Of a stretch of 64,000 nucleotides of DNA, positions 9,093 through 18,489 are shown in pieces. Each line of letters opens with the position of its first letter. Within the stretch, counting starts at the first letter, position 1. The DNA lies in the sequence record OR352946.1; one strand, 5' to 3'. The position numbers and the translations under genes were made by a program. The DNA is from Escherichia phage AV116. The notes below the pieces were generated by a model. The model worked only from the letters and a program-made list of their open reading frames with translations. It ran no database searches and had not been told where the DNA came from.

Positions 9093-9888
9093 AGGACATC
9101 CAACACATTTTATAACCTTTGCAGGTTCTGTTAGGATTATTTAATGCTTTCAATATATTAGAAGACCCTATATCTAAATACTCCCTTAATTCATAAAGAT
9201 AGTTAAAATCAATAGTTTCACCTGTTTTTACACTTGTGATTCTTATAGGCCTTCTTTCATATTTAGATTTATACAACTCTCTAGTCTTAGCTTTAGTTTC
9301 TTCTGACCTAGGAGTGTATGGTTTAAATCCTTTTGTTTTAAATGTTTCCATTCTTGATTTAGTTATTTTATCCTGGTGTTCTTTTGTTTTTACAGGTGCT
9401 TTTCGCCCATTCTCCCAAGATAACTTGTTGGCCTGTATTATTTTATCTATTGCTTCTTGCGTATGAGTTTTACCATAAAATGGATTTAATTCGCCTATAC
9501 GTTGTGAAGCAATATGTGACATTAATTCTCTTGTTGCTTTAGTATGTTTTTTACCTTTAAATGGATTGCCATTTTTAGCAATCCATTCTTTCATAAATCT
9601 AGAGTGCTCTTTAGAGAATTCTTGTTTAAGCCAATCATAATCTCTAGAATTTCTAGCTCCCATGTAAAAAGCTCTAATAGCCATAAGCATAGAACGGTTC
9701 TTATGAATTTTATAAAGCAATAAATGGGCGATAAAATGCTCTCTAGGGGTCATTTTAACTAGATTTGATTTAGCATTACTCCCACCCATAGATTTAGGCA
9801 AAATATGGTGAGTTTCAGTATAATTAGGAATAGTGCTGCGGTTTTTAGCCGCAGCGATAAGTTTATCATAAATTTTACGATAATTCAT
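9091..9888 (-). CDS. HNH homing endonuclease with NUMOD3 repeats (MobA-like)
   Basis: HHILPKSMGGSNAKSNLVKMTPREHFIAH HNH motif; NPFYGKTHT and NPFKGKKHT repeats; ATG at 9888 overlaps gene 39 stop (TAATG). Confidence 0.8.
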   Translation of the reverse strand: MNYRKIYDKLIAAAKNRSTIPNYTETHHILPKSMGGSNAKSNLVKMTPREHFIAHLLLYKIHKNRSMLMAIRAFYMGARNSRDYDWLKQEFSKEHSRFMKEWIAKNGNPFKGKKHTKATRELMSHIASQRIGELNPFYGKTHTQEAIDKIIQANKLSWENGRKAPVKTKEHQDKITKSRMETFKTKGFKPYTPRSEETKAKTRELYKSKYERRPIRITSVKTGETIDFNYLYELREYLDIGSSNILKALNNPNRTCKGYKMCWMS

Positions 9889-11711
9889 TATCCTAGCATC
9901 CAATCTTTACGGAGTTCAGGGTCGTTACCCATGAGCATTTCAAATAGTTCTTTCCAATTTTCAGGAAGTTTAACTACGTCGTACACAGGGTTTTGAATCA
10001 TTTCTTTATATTCATCCCGCTGAAGTGAGCCCAATCCCTTGATGTATCGAATACTATGCTTAGGCAGTGTATCTTTAACTTCTTCATACTCAGCTACAGT
10101 ATAAAACCATTTTTGAGTTTTGCCAATTTGTGCAATAATTACAGGCGTTTTAACAAAGCGAATACGTCCTTGTTCAAACAATTCAGGCCAATTACTAAAG
10201 AAAGCAAGCAAAGCCGGATAAATACTTCCAAGGCCGTCATGATCGGCATCGGTCATAATTGCAATATTACGGTAGTTCGTATTCTCTGCCTTTTCACCAA
10301 GAATAAGACCCGTGATAGCACAGATATCAAAGAGCTCTTTGTTCTTCATCATATCGGCATATGACATACCCCAGCTATTCATCACCTTACCACGTAATGG
10401 GAATCCGCCGTGTAGTTCACGGTCACGAACATCAATGAGATAACCAATTGCCGAATCACCTTCTGTTAAAAACAATGTCGTATCTGCATCTTTACCACAT
10501 TGGTTAGCTTTAATATGCTTATGAACCTTAGCTTTAGTTGCCTTTTTAGCTGCTTTAGTTTCTGCAGCCTTTTCTGCTGCCAATTTACGAGCTAATGCGG
10601 CTTCAATTATAGGCATTAAAACTGCGTCAGAATTCAAAATATTTTTTGCCAATTTTTTTGTATCTAATTTAATATGCGTCCGAATTTCGCCATAAGGACT
10701 TGTTAAACGCTCTTTGGTTTGGGAATCAAAACGAAGGTTCTTCATTCCACGAACGAACATTAAGAGAGTGAGACATTCCTTGATTCGCGCTTTAGTCACG
10801 TCGATTTTATATTTGCGTTTAATAGCCGGAATTAATTCTTCGCTAATGTCGTCCATCACACATTCAATGTGATGACCACCGTTTTTGGTATGGATGTTAT
10901 TCACATAAGTTAAATGACGGAAGCCATCTGGTGACCGTCCAATGGCAATAGAGCATCCGTCTTGTTCTTGAATGATGGTCTCTTCATCAAATTGTTTAGC
11001 AAACTTCTTAAAGTTACCTTGAATCTTTTTGCCATTAAATTTAAATTCAATACCAGGATAAACGACCGCCAATGTTTGGAGCCGGTCTATAGTAATATCT
11101 TGGTATATTTTTTCAAATTGATTCATTTCAAAATGTGAGAAATCAGGAATAAACTCGACCTTAGTACCGTTGTTTTTAGACGGCTTAGATTTCCAAGAAA
11201 TATTATCAGCGTTATTAGAACAATTAACGGTCAATTCATTTTTACCATCTGAAGTAGTGCCAACAAAAGAGACAGAAAAAATATTTGTTAATGAAGAACC
11301 GACACCGTTTTGTCCACCCGTAACACGTTCTTTGTCGTCACCAAAGTTGCCACCGGCTTTTGTACGTGTCCACGCCGCAACTGGTCCTGGAATTTCTTCT
11401 CCTTCAGGAGTAATAACTGTTTCTTGAGGAATACCTCGACCATTATCTTCAACAGTCACTTTATTAGAATTTAAATCAATACTAACGGAAATTTTATTAG
11501 CATATTTGAAATTGGTTCGAATAGCTTCGTCTACTGAGTTGTCAATAATTTCATCAATTAATTTGAGAACACCTGCAACATATTTAACCTTTTTAAATTC
11601 ACCGAATAGGAAACGTTCTTGTTCTTCATTGGCAACACTTCCAATATACATGCCAGGACGCTTCAAACAATGCTCTTTATCAGATAGCATTTCAATTTTA
11701 TTATCAATCAT
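9888..11711 (-). CDS. 39: DNA topoisomerase II large subunit (gp39, GyrB-like), unsplit
   Basis: About 607 aa from ATG 11711 (MIDNKIEMLSDKEHCLKRPGMYIGS...); one continuous ORF spanning ATPase and Toprim parts. Confidence 0.9.
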   Translation of the reverse strand: MIDNKIEMLSDKEHCLKRPGMYIGSVANEEQERFLFGEFKKVKYVAGVLKLIDEIIDNSVDEAIRTNFKYANKISVSIDLNSNKVTVEDNGRGIPQETVITPEGEEIPGPVAAWTRTKAGGNFGDDKERVTGGQNGVGSSLTNIFSVSFVGTTSDGKNELTVNCSNNADNISWKSKPSKNNGTKVEFIPDFSHFEMNQFEKIYQDITIDRLQTLAVVYPGIEFKFNGKKIQGNFKKFAKQFDEETIIQEQDGCSIAIGRSPDGFRHLTYVNNIHTKNGGHHIECVMDDISEELIPAIKRKYKIDVTKARIKECLTLLMFVRGMKNLRFDSQTKERLTSPYGEIRTHIKLDTKKLAKNILNSDAVLMPIIEAALARKLAAEKAAETKAAKKATKAKVHKHIKANQCGKDADTTLFLTEGDSAIGYLIDVRDRELHGGFPLRGKVMNSWGMSYADMMKNKELFDICAITGLILGEKAENTNYRNIAIMTDADHDGLGSIYPALLAFFSNWPELFEQGRIRFVKTPVIIAQIGKTQKWFYTVAEYEEVKDTLPKHSIRYIKGLGSLQRDEYKEMIQNPVYDVVKLPENWKELFEMLMGNDPELRKDWMLG

Positions 11712-12387
11712 TAGATTTTCTCTCAAATTGCATGACTATATTTTTGTATGAACCTTCCGGAAATCCACGTTTAATGCTTTCTTTAGCAAATTTCCCAACC
11801 TTTGGTTTATCCAATTCTAACCATAATTTATATAAAGCAGATTCATATTCCCATACAGGACTTTTACGATTTTTAAGCCCACACTTTATAAGCGCTTCCT
11901 TTGTATGTTTCTTATTATAAAATGGATTGTTTTTGCCACTCATTGCTTTAGAATGTTCCGGGCGCTTAATTCCATACATCGGATTAAGATCGCCTTTCTT
12001 GATAACGGATTGTAGTTCAATAGTTTCTTCAGAGTGATTGTGTCCATAAAATGGATTTAACTCTTTTGAAACATCCATACCAAAGCACCCATCGACTGTG
12101 GCATAAGACATGTTGAAAAATTTTTCAGATTTAACCACATTATGCAATTTCTGGTAATACAACTCACAAAACGTCGCTTCTTCCCGTGTATCAAATTCGC
12201 CAATAATACATGAATCAAATAAATGAGGATTATCTTTTATCTCTTTATCATAAATTTGTTTATATTTTTTCGACTTTACCGTACCATGATAGTGATTGTT
12301 TGTATGTTTATCAAGATAAGTAGACCCTATATAAAACGGTGGCAACTTATCGCCTGTGTATATTGTTAAGTATGTTATGTATTTCAT
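11704..12387 (-). CDS. GIY-YIG homing endonuclease with NUMOD3 repeats (Seg-like)
   Basis: KYITYLTIYTGDKLPPFYIGSTY; NPFYGHNHS, NPMYGIKRP, NPFYNKKHT repeats. Confidence 0.8.
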   Translation of the reverse strand: MKYITYLTIYTGDKLPPFYIGSTYLDKHTNNHYHGTVKSKKYKQIYDKEIKDNPHLFDSCIIGEFDTREEATFCELYYQKLHNVVKSEKFFNMSYATVDGCFGMDVSKELNPFYGHNHSEETIELQSVIKKGDLNPMYGIKRPEHSKAMSGKNNPFYNKKHTKEALIKCGLKNRKSPVWEYESALYKLWLELDKPKVGKFAKESIKRGFPEGSYKNIVMQFERKSND

Positions 12388-12415
12388 AAAGGTATTCTAT
12401 CATCCGAAATCTAAA

Positions 12416-12436
12416 GCAAAAAGGGCCGAAGCCCTT
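12416..12436 (-). terminator. rho-independent terminator (UUCG hairpin then T5) before the Seg-like gene
   Basis: Plus aaaaagggcCGAAgccctt; minus hairpin followed by TTTTT. Confidence 0.5.
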
Positions 12437-12857
12437 ATTTAAATTTAATTTTCTGAAGTGCATCAATTGCAGCCAAACGCCCTTGTTCACTTTTAACTGT
12501 AACGACCACATCGCCTGATACGATCACCGAACCATCAACAAATTCTATAGAGCCTTTTTTGAAATCGACAGCTGTATCTGGTTCCGGAACTTCTTCAAAG
12601 AATTTAAATTCTGCACCATAAAGCAGAATATCACCTTGCATACTAATGATTGTACGTCCAGGTCCATCGGTTTCAGCGGCAATAATCGAAACGCCGTAAC
12701 CAATCATCTCTTCCACAATAAAATCTTTGGACAATAAAGTAGTATGCAGATTAGTATTAAGACGTTTACCAGTCGTATTAAGAATTCTCAAGAAATTATC
12801 TTCCTGTCCTTTGATAATACGATATTTCTTACCAACTTCAAAACCTTTAAAAGCCAT
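12435..12857 (-). CDS. hypothetical early protein (position of T4 goF)
   Basis: 140-aa ORF; synteny only. Confidence 0.45.
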   Translation of the reverse strand: MAFKGFEVGKKYRIIKGQEDNFLRILNTTGKRLNTNLHTTLLSKDFIVEEMIGYGVSIIAAETDGPGRTIISMQGDILLYGAEFKFFEEVPEPDTAVDFKKGSIEFVDGSVIVSGDVVVTVKSEQGRLAAIDALQKIKFK

Positions 12858-12859
12858 AA

Positions 12860-13039
12860 TTAACCCTTCTTAAGTAAGTCGTAAAAACCACCGTTCACAT
12901 GTTTAGGAGCAGAAACCCGACGAGTAGACAGACGATGACATTCAGGGCAAACATCGGTTTCTCGTTCAGAAATTCTTTTAATTTTTTCATATTCATGACC
13001 ACAATCTTCAGATTGGCATTTATAGTCGTATAACGGCAT
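12860..13039 (-). CDS. zinc-ribbon protein (59 aa), not in ORF track
   Basis: [17 protein letters not shown]...CPECHRLSTRR; CxxC...CPxC; TAATG coupling on both sides. Confidence 0.5.
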   Translation of the reverse strand: MPLYDYKCQSEDCGHEYEKIKRISERETDVCPECHRLSTRRVSAPKHVNGGFYDLLKKG

Positions 13040-13470
13040 TATTGTTCCTTAAAGCGAGCTTTCAACATTTGATACAAAGACCATGCCTGGTCGTTATTTT
13101 CGATAGTAATCGTCATCACCGGAAATTCAGACAATTCGTCAAGTTCACCAGAATCTTGCTCTTCGGACTCTTGATATGGATTTCCAACTTCGTCAAAGAA
13201 CTCTGCTTCATTCGTGGAGAGCCAGATAAAGTTTTCATCAAGGATATCACCGCCTGTTGCGTATCCAACCGTGCCAGTAGATGTCACAATTTTAGTAGGA
13301 CGACCAAGATGGTCAACATCTAATACTTTAAATGGTTCCATGCCAAGACGTCGTGCATAAATCCCATTATCAGTGTGGTTTTTAATAAACTCTTCTTGGG
13401 CACGTTTATCTTTAAATTGGTACCATGAGTTAACGTGGAATTTATTAGCCATTAGTAAGTTTCCTTCCAA
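13039..13470 (-). CDS. hypothetical early protein
   Basis: 143-aa ORF. Confidence 0.45.
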   Translation of the reverse strand: MEGNLLMANKFHVNSWYQFKDKRAQEEFIKNHTDNGIYARRLGMEPFKVLDVDHLGRPTKIVTSTGTVGYATGGDILDENFIWLSTNEAEFFDEVGNPYQESEEQDSGELDELSEFPVMTITIENNDQAWSLYQMLKARFKEQ

Positions 13471-13679
13471 TAAGTTGTACCGTTTTCAGTGATTTCACGG
13501 AAGATACCATAGATAGGCATTTCATCGCCGAGTTTTTCGTAAACGTAAACCACTTCGGTGTAGCATAAAAATTCGGTCCAGTTTTTCTGTACAACAACTA
13601 AATCAGGATTAAACAGAACATCTTCAAACTCATCGATGTTTGAATCAGTAGTTACGTTTTTAATGATTTGACGTTTCAT
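13452..13679 (-). CDS. hypothetical early protein
   Basis: 75 aa from ATG 13679 after AGGAGAA RBS; ORF-track start 13724 translates the promoter-leader. Confidence 0.45.
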   Translation of the reverse strand: MKRQIIKNVTTDSNIDEFEDVLFNPDLVVVQKNWTEFLCYTEVVYVYEKLGDEMPIYGIFREITENGTTYWKETY

Positions 13680-13706
13680 AATATTCTCCTCTTGTTTTGA
13701 TAGGTC

Positions 13707-13735
13707 TATAGTATCATAGACCATAGTTGTTGTAC
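13707..13735 (-). promoter_or_regulatory. early promoter with stereotyped leader
   Basis: Plus ttgataggtctatagtatcatagacc...ttgtac; minus leader AGACCTATCAAAACAAGAGGAGAAtatATG. Confidence 0.45.
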
Positions 13736-13736
13736 A

Positions 13737-14261
13737 TCATTTTAGCAAAATAAAATCAACTTGTTCTGCCAATGAACGTCTAAACATTAATTGACAACTT
13801 CCGAGGATGAAATCAGGTGCTTCATAGACCGCGATGTAGTATCCTTTAGCTTTCAAGAGTTCAACATCCACCTGGTCATCAAACCATGCATAAACCGCAT
13901 CAACACTTTCAAATCCAAAATAGAACCCTTGAGCCCAATCTTCGTTCAATTCAAATGTGTGCTCAATTCTATAGTATCTTAAGATATTTTGTTCAAGGAG
14001 TTTGTCTTCATTTACTGTAGGACGATTAGGGACATTATAGTTGTCGCCGTGATGGTAGAAGTTACCTGAGAGTATTCCATGCTTATCAAGGAACTCCCAT
14101 GTTTCTTCAGAGTTGTCGGTGCCCGACCAACCGTATGGCGAGCGAGGTTCTTTATTCCAAGAGGTTTCCCAAATTCTGACGGCTTTACCATCTTCGATAG
14201 CAATTCCTGGTAATGATTCACGTTGAGTACAAAAACTACGTTCTACGCGATAAACTAACAT
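13737..14261 (-). CDS. hypothetical protein
   Basis: 174-aa ORF. Confidence 0.5.
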   Translation of the reverse strand: MLVYRVERSFCTQRESLPGIAIEDGKAVRIWETSWNKEPRSPYGWSGTDNSEETWEFLDKHGILSGNFYHHGDNYNVPNRPTVNEDKLLEQNILRYYRIEHTFELNEDWAQGFYFGFESVDAVYAWFDDQVDVELLKAKGYYIAVYEAPDFILGSCQLMFRRSLAEQVDFILLK

Positions 14262-14320
14262 ATTATTCTCCTCTGGTTGATATGGTTATAATATCAAAAC
14301 CAAAGGAGAAGTAAACAATT

Positions 14321-14740
14321 TTATGCGAAAGCAACTGGGCTATATTTTTTAATTTGGAATTCAGGAACTACCATGAACTGACCAGCGAAAACGATGTTAT
14401 AAAGCTTAATACCGTCTTCTACCCAACGGTCGCTAATAAATCCGGCGATTTGCTTAGTTTTCCACGGTGTTCCATCAGTTGCCGCAGCAATAGTGAATTC
14501 ATGGTCTTTTTCAACAGAAACTGATCTGCATAGTCCCCATTTGAACGCTTTTTCTTCCGGTTCAATGAATTGGCTTTTAACGTAACCAATGTTACCATCG
14601 GCGTCACGAACTTTAACTTCGTTACGTCCAAAAACCGGATCACTCACAGAAAGAACTTCAACCAACTTCCCGGCAACTTTAGAGCGAGAAGCAACAGATA
14701 CATATACGTAATCACCTGTAGAGAGATTTACAATATTCAT
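14321..14740 (-). CDS. hypothetical protein, tandem paralog A
   Basis: 139 aa; shares VASRSKVAGKLVEV, FKWGLC, GFISDRWVEDGIKLYNIVF with the adjacent ORF. Confidence 0.55.
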   Translation of the reverse strand: MNIVNLSTGDYVYVSVASRSKVAGKLVEVLSVSDPVFGRNEVKVRDADGNIGYVKSQFIEPEEKAFKWGLCRSVSVEKDHEFTIAAATDGTPWKTKQIAGFISDRWVEDGIKLYNIVFAGQFMVVPEFQIKKYSPVAFA

Positions 14741-14749
14741 AATAATTCC

Positions 14750-15214
14750 TTAAGCTTTACGAGGAGACACATAGCGAGTGATTTCAGATTCTTTAACAAC
14801 TCGGAAGTCACCTAAGAATACGATATTGTATAACTTTTCACCATCTTCAACCCATTGGTCACTAATGAAGCCACACATGGTATCAGTTGTGCTTGGATAA
14901 CCGTATTCGTCGATGTAATCAAATTCTTTATCGGTTATAAATTCAACGCCTTTGCAAAGGGCCCATTTGAACTGTGTAGTAGGCTCAACGATATCGCTTG
15001 AAGCAAAGTGGGCACTTACACGAGTTTCCAAGAATTTAGGACTTACATAGGCGAACTGAGTTTCAGTTTTTCCAGAACTAGGAATGATTCGAACTTTAAC
15101 TTCTTTAATACGGCCCATGCCATTAGTACGAAGTCCTACTACTTCAACCAGCTTTCCTGCAGCTTTAGAACGAGACGCTGTCGATACACGTTTAATTTCA
15201 CCAATATTAATCAT
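14750..15214 (-). CDS. hypothetical protein, tandem paralog B
   Basis: About 154 aa from ATG 15214; ORF-track start 15256 lies inside the promoter. Confidence 0.55.
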   Translation of the reverse strand: MINIGEIKRVSTASRSKAAGKLVEVVGLRTNGMGRIKEVKVRIIPSSGKTETQFAYVSPKFLETRVSAHFASSDIVEPTTQFKWALCKGVEFITDKEFDYIDEYGYPSTTDTMCGFISDQWVEDGEKLYNIVFLGDFRVVKESEITRYVSPRKA

Positions 15215-15244
15215 ATTTTTTCTCTCTTTGTTTAAGTTAAATTC

Positions 15245-15274
15245 ATTATACTCCAACCATCCTTGGTTGTAAAC
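15245..15274 (-). promoter_or_regulatory. early promoter (GTTTAC-N18-TATAAT), copy 1 of exact 27-bp duplicate
   Basis: Plus attatactccaaccatccttggttgtaaac; same 27 bp near 57814. Confidence 0.5.
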
Positions 15275-15279
15275 TGGTT

Positions 15280-15957
15280 TTATCGCTGTTTTACACTTAA
15301 CGGGTCAGGATTCTCAGGTACATCTTCAAGGCCAAGCGCATAACGCTGAGCATATTTTAACATCAAAATATCTTTAGCACAATCATGAATACTATCATGG
15401 GCAACGAATCCTTTTAGCGTACCCATCGGTAATGGACACATACTTAATCCTCGTGTCAACGAGTAAGCTTCGATTGCCGTACGAATATCGCGATGAGCCC
15501 AGAATTTAACCGGTTCTAATTTATCAGTATCAATATCTGGTTCAAGAACACCTTCATCACGATAGAGGTCACGAATCAAATCGACCAATATCGGGAAGTC
15601 AAAGCTCATACCACGGCACCACATCTGTGATTTCCGTTGGTCAACTTTATTAGCTCGGCAATAATCTAAAAAGATTTTAATGCCTTCAAGCGTAGTGACA
15701 TCGTCTTCAGACGGAGCCAAGTTTTTACGTGCTTCAGCTGATTGTTCTTTCCACCATTTCATAGTGGATTTAGCGAAAACTCGCTTCCCTTTCTGAGAAG
15801 CTAAATTAAATTTAATTCGCTTACCTCGTTGAACAAGTTCTTCAAACGATTCAACAACTTCAGGGTCTGAATTATATGCAATAACCGCAAGGTCAATAAC
15901 AGCCGCTTTTGATGTATTGCCGAATGTTTCAAAATCTATAATAACATCAGTGCTCAT
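15280..15957 (-). CDS. dexA: exonuclease A (DexA, DEDD 3-5 exonuclease)
   Basis: 225 aa; N-terminal VIIDFETFG Exo I motif; position next to dda. Confidence 0.7.
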   Translation of the reverse strand: MSTDVIIDFETFGNTSKAAVIDLAVIAYNSDPEVVESFEELVQRGKRIKFNLASQKGKRVFAKSTMKWWKEQSAEARKNLAPSEDDVTTLEGIKIFLDYCRANKVDQRKSQMWCRGMSFDFPILVDLIRDLYRDEGVLEPDIDTDKLEPVKFWAHRDIRTAIEAYSLTRGLSMCPLPMGTLKGFVAHDSIHDCAKDILMLKYAQRYALGLEDVPENPDPLSVKQR

Positions 15958-15966
15958 AATTTTCTC

Positions 15967-17280
15967 TCAAATAAAATGGACGTCAAAACGACCACGAGTT
16001 GTGCCGACATACAATAACTGTTTAGCTAGTTCTGAATCGGCATAATGGATACACGGTGTATAAACAAAGGCAGTGTCAACAGACATACCCTGGGCCTTAT
16101 GGAAGGTTGATACTGGTAGTGCCTTCACCTTAGTGAACATACGTTTAGCATCCCAGAATTCGCTCCATGGAGCTTTACCACCTTTATTCCAGAATTTGTA
16201 TGTTTCTGCGGTCTTAGCCAAAAACAAATTGAATTTATAAAGCTCTTCTTCAGAAGAAATAACCTTTATATCTTCGCGGATGTATTCTTCATCATCCCCA
16301 TATGTTTCTACTGTAAGATTCCAGTATCGTATCATATATTCGCCTGAAACACCACGTGCTTTAACGAATGTAGACGTTTCTACAGCATCTCGAATACGAA
16401 CGAATTGCCCATTATTGAAAAGCATTTCGGTCATATTTTTACCATCTAGCTTATATGTCTTAGTAAACGGCTCTTGTAGAACAATGACTTCGTCTTTAAT
16501 AAATGGTTTTTCTGTTTCAAGAAGTTTTCGGCGAATAATTGAATTTAACTTGTCCACCGACTTATTTGTGAATGCCATCATTCGATTTTCAAAAAGGTCT
16601 TCAGGAGTTTTAACGACATTAAAATAGTTCGTCATATACGATTTAAGGTCTGTATATCCATGAACACCATGTCCGTCAACTACTTTATCGTAAATCCATT
16701 TGCCATTACGAATATCAGTTGCAACATCAATAATTGGTGCATTGCTACGTTTAACTTCTGTAAGGTTGCATTGCACAAAGTCTTTGTGAGTGAAGAAAGG
16801 ACTTAGATACGCGGTTGATTCGCCTAGGTCTACCGGACGAATCTGGCATCGGTCGCCGATTCCAATTACTGTGCACCATTTAGGGATACTAGCTAACATT
16901 ATTTTAAACAGAGAACGGTCGCACATTGACGCTTCATCAAATAACAGTACACGACACAAGGCTAAGTCGGGAACCTTTTTCTGTTCAAACAATACGTTTT
17001 CTTCGTATGTAGTTGGGTTGATTTTAAGAATGCTATGAATAGTCGATGCTTCTTGACCGGCAAGTTTGCTTAGAACCTTTTTAGCGGCATGTGTTGGTGC
17101 TGCTAAAATAATACCTGATTCTCCAGAAGAAATAAGAGCTTCAACGATAAATCTAGTAAGGGTTGTTTTACCTGTACCGGCAGGCCCATTAATAGTTACG
17201 TGATGTTTCTTTTCTTTAATAGCTTTCATAACAACGTTGAAGGCGTTTTTCTGGCCTTCAGTCAAATCATCAAATGTCAT
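15967..17280 (-). CDS. dda: Dda DNA helicase (SF1B)
   Basis: 437 aa; MTFDDLTEGQKNAF...INGPAGTGKTT Walker A; strong resemblance to T4 Dda. Confidence 0.9.
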   Translation of the reverse strand: MTFDDLTEGQKNAFNVVMKAIKEKKHHVTINGPAGTGKTTLTRFIVEALISSGESGIILAAPTHAAKKVLSKLAGQEASTIHSILKINPTTYEENVLFEQKKVPDLALCRVLLFDEASMCDRSLFKIMLASIPKWCTVIGIGDRCQIRPVDLGESTAYLSPFFTHKDFVQCNLTEVKRSNAPIIDVATDIRNGKWIYDKVVDGHGVHGYTDLKSYMTNYFNVVKTPEDLFENRMMAFTNKSVDKLNSIIRRKLLETEKPFIKDEVIVLQEPFTKTYKLDGKNMTEMLFNNGQFVRIRDAVETSTFVKARGVSGEYMIRYWNLTVETYGDDEEYIREDIKVISSEEELYKFNLFLAKTAETYKFWNKGGKAPWSEFWDAKRMFTKVKALPVSTFHKAQGMSVDTAFVYTPCIHYADSELAKQLLYVGTTRGRFDVHFI

Positions 17281-17588
17281 CGTAAAGTCCCTGCAATTGG
17301 AATACTAACAATACGGCCTGTGTCCAGGATTCGTTGATACAATCTTTGTGTCTCCGCATCTAGTTTAACGTGTTTCATTTCAAGCTTATTAAACCAGAAC
17401 TTACGCGGAGTTTCGACCATTCTTAGAACTCCCATTTTTAAATCTGTTTTATACTGTGTTTTCAAAGTATCGAAAACTTTATCTGCAATATCCTTTCTAA
17501 AAAATACTGCAGGACGATGCTCATCAAGTGGAACCGGGACAGTAAATCCTTCCATATCTCGATAAACTATTGCATATACATAAACCAT
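17277..17588 (-). CDS. hypothetical protein (dda.1 position)
   Basis: 103-aa ORF, ATGA overlap with dda. Confidence 0.5.
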   Translation of the reverse strand: MVYVYAIVYRDMEGFTVPVPLDEHRPAVFFRKDIADKVFDTLKTQYKTDLKMGVLRMVETPRKFWFNKLEMKHVKLDAETQRLYQRILDTGRIVSIPIAGTLR

Positions 17589-17590
17589 AA

Positions 17591-18337
17591 TTAACCTTTA
17601 ATCAGTTGGAATAATGATGCGCTAAGTGGTAAGCCACGTTTCAATTTTAATTTACCAATGAAACCAATCTTTTCAAAACGTTGCAGACCTTGGATAACTT
17701 TATCATATGTATCGAAAAGCGATTCAGCGTCAGTTAATTTAGTTTTAGTTTTCCAGTCAGAGCCTTTAAGAAGAACGTTGAGTTTAGTAAGTTCATGGCC
17801 TTCTGCTTGATGTGAGCCATTAATGCGTGCTTTCAAAGCAACAATTCTAAGTTTAGACTCATTAGATAAAGGTTGATTTTTCATCATGTTCGCCATATGC
17901 TTAACACGGTTTTCACGTTTTGCTCGGATTTTTAAAATAGTACCATAAACCTTTTTAATTTGGGCCCATTTCTTCTCGTCGAGATTAAGTTTCTCTACTT
18001 TACGAGCAGAAGGATTAGCGATACGTCTTGCAATAGCATCACGTTTCTCAATAAGTTCTTCTAATGTTAAATCAGAACGAGCCGTGTTATATTTTTTCTT
18101 AACTGGGATAACATTACCTTTAATGTAGCCTATATCATTATTAAAACGTTCTAAGGATAATTTCTCACCTTCAACAGAGTTATTAAAAGATTCACCTGAG
18201 TAAGCGCAGACCTTTTGATCAAGAATGTTTTTAATGTAATTAAAGTCTAAGTTAAAATCCTTAGAGCGTCTCTTCGCAGAAGCTCTGGTGTGGTCAAGAC
18301 GACGATTGATTTTGTTAATTTTATTATTTGATAACAT
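17591..18337 (-). CDS. hypothetical basic protein (position of T4 srd)
   Basis: 248-aa Lys/Arg-rich ORF; synteny only. Confidence 0.4.
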   Translation of the reverse strand: MLSNNKINKINRRLDHTRASAKRRSKDFNLDFNYIKNILDQKVCAYSGESFNNSVEGEKLSLERFNNDIGYIKGNVIPVKKKYNTARSDLTLEELIEKRDAIARRIANPSARKVEKLNLDEKKWAQIKKVYGTILKIRAKRENRVKHMANMMKNQPLSNESKLRIVALKARINGSHQAEGHELTKLNVLLKGSDWKTKTKLTDAESLFDTYDKVIQGLQRFEKIGFIGKLKLKRGLPLSASLFQLIKG

Positions 18338-18385
18338 AATATTTTCCTCTGTCTTACGGACGTTAGGTCATTTAGCTGATAAGCT

Positions 18386-18414
18386 TATAATATCATGCCC
18401 TCAGGTAGTGTACA
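18386..18414 (-). promoter_or_regulatory. early promoter (TGTACA-N17-TATAAT)
   Basis: Plus aagcttataatatcatgccctcaggtagtgtacac. Confidence 0.4.
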
Positions 18415-18489
18415 CTCTTTTTTCATAAAATGCTTTAATTTTTTATGTGTTATAATGGTTCTGAGTTCCATCCGGTTATTCCAATTCAG

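Noticed and set aside
9888-11711. Gene 60-type split and translational bypass element in the topoisomerase gene
   Set aside because: The ORF is continuous across the ATPase and Toprim regions with no internal stop or hairpin gap
13680-13724. N-terminal extension IIDLSKQEEN in ORF-track entries 13452..13724 and 60964..61239
   Set aside because: It is the translation of the conserved promoter-leader (tatagacctatcaaaacaagaggag); the true start is the ATG after the RBS
16280-16627. Plus-strand ORFs inside dda (similar cases inside 43, 46, 47 and others, e.g. 38014..38400, 44754..45188, 46801..47232)
   Set aside because: Antisense shadows of well-supported minus-strand genes; no RBS or promoter
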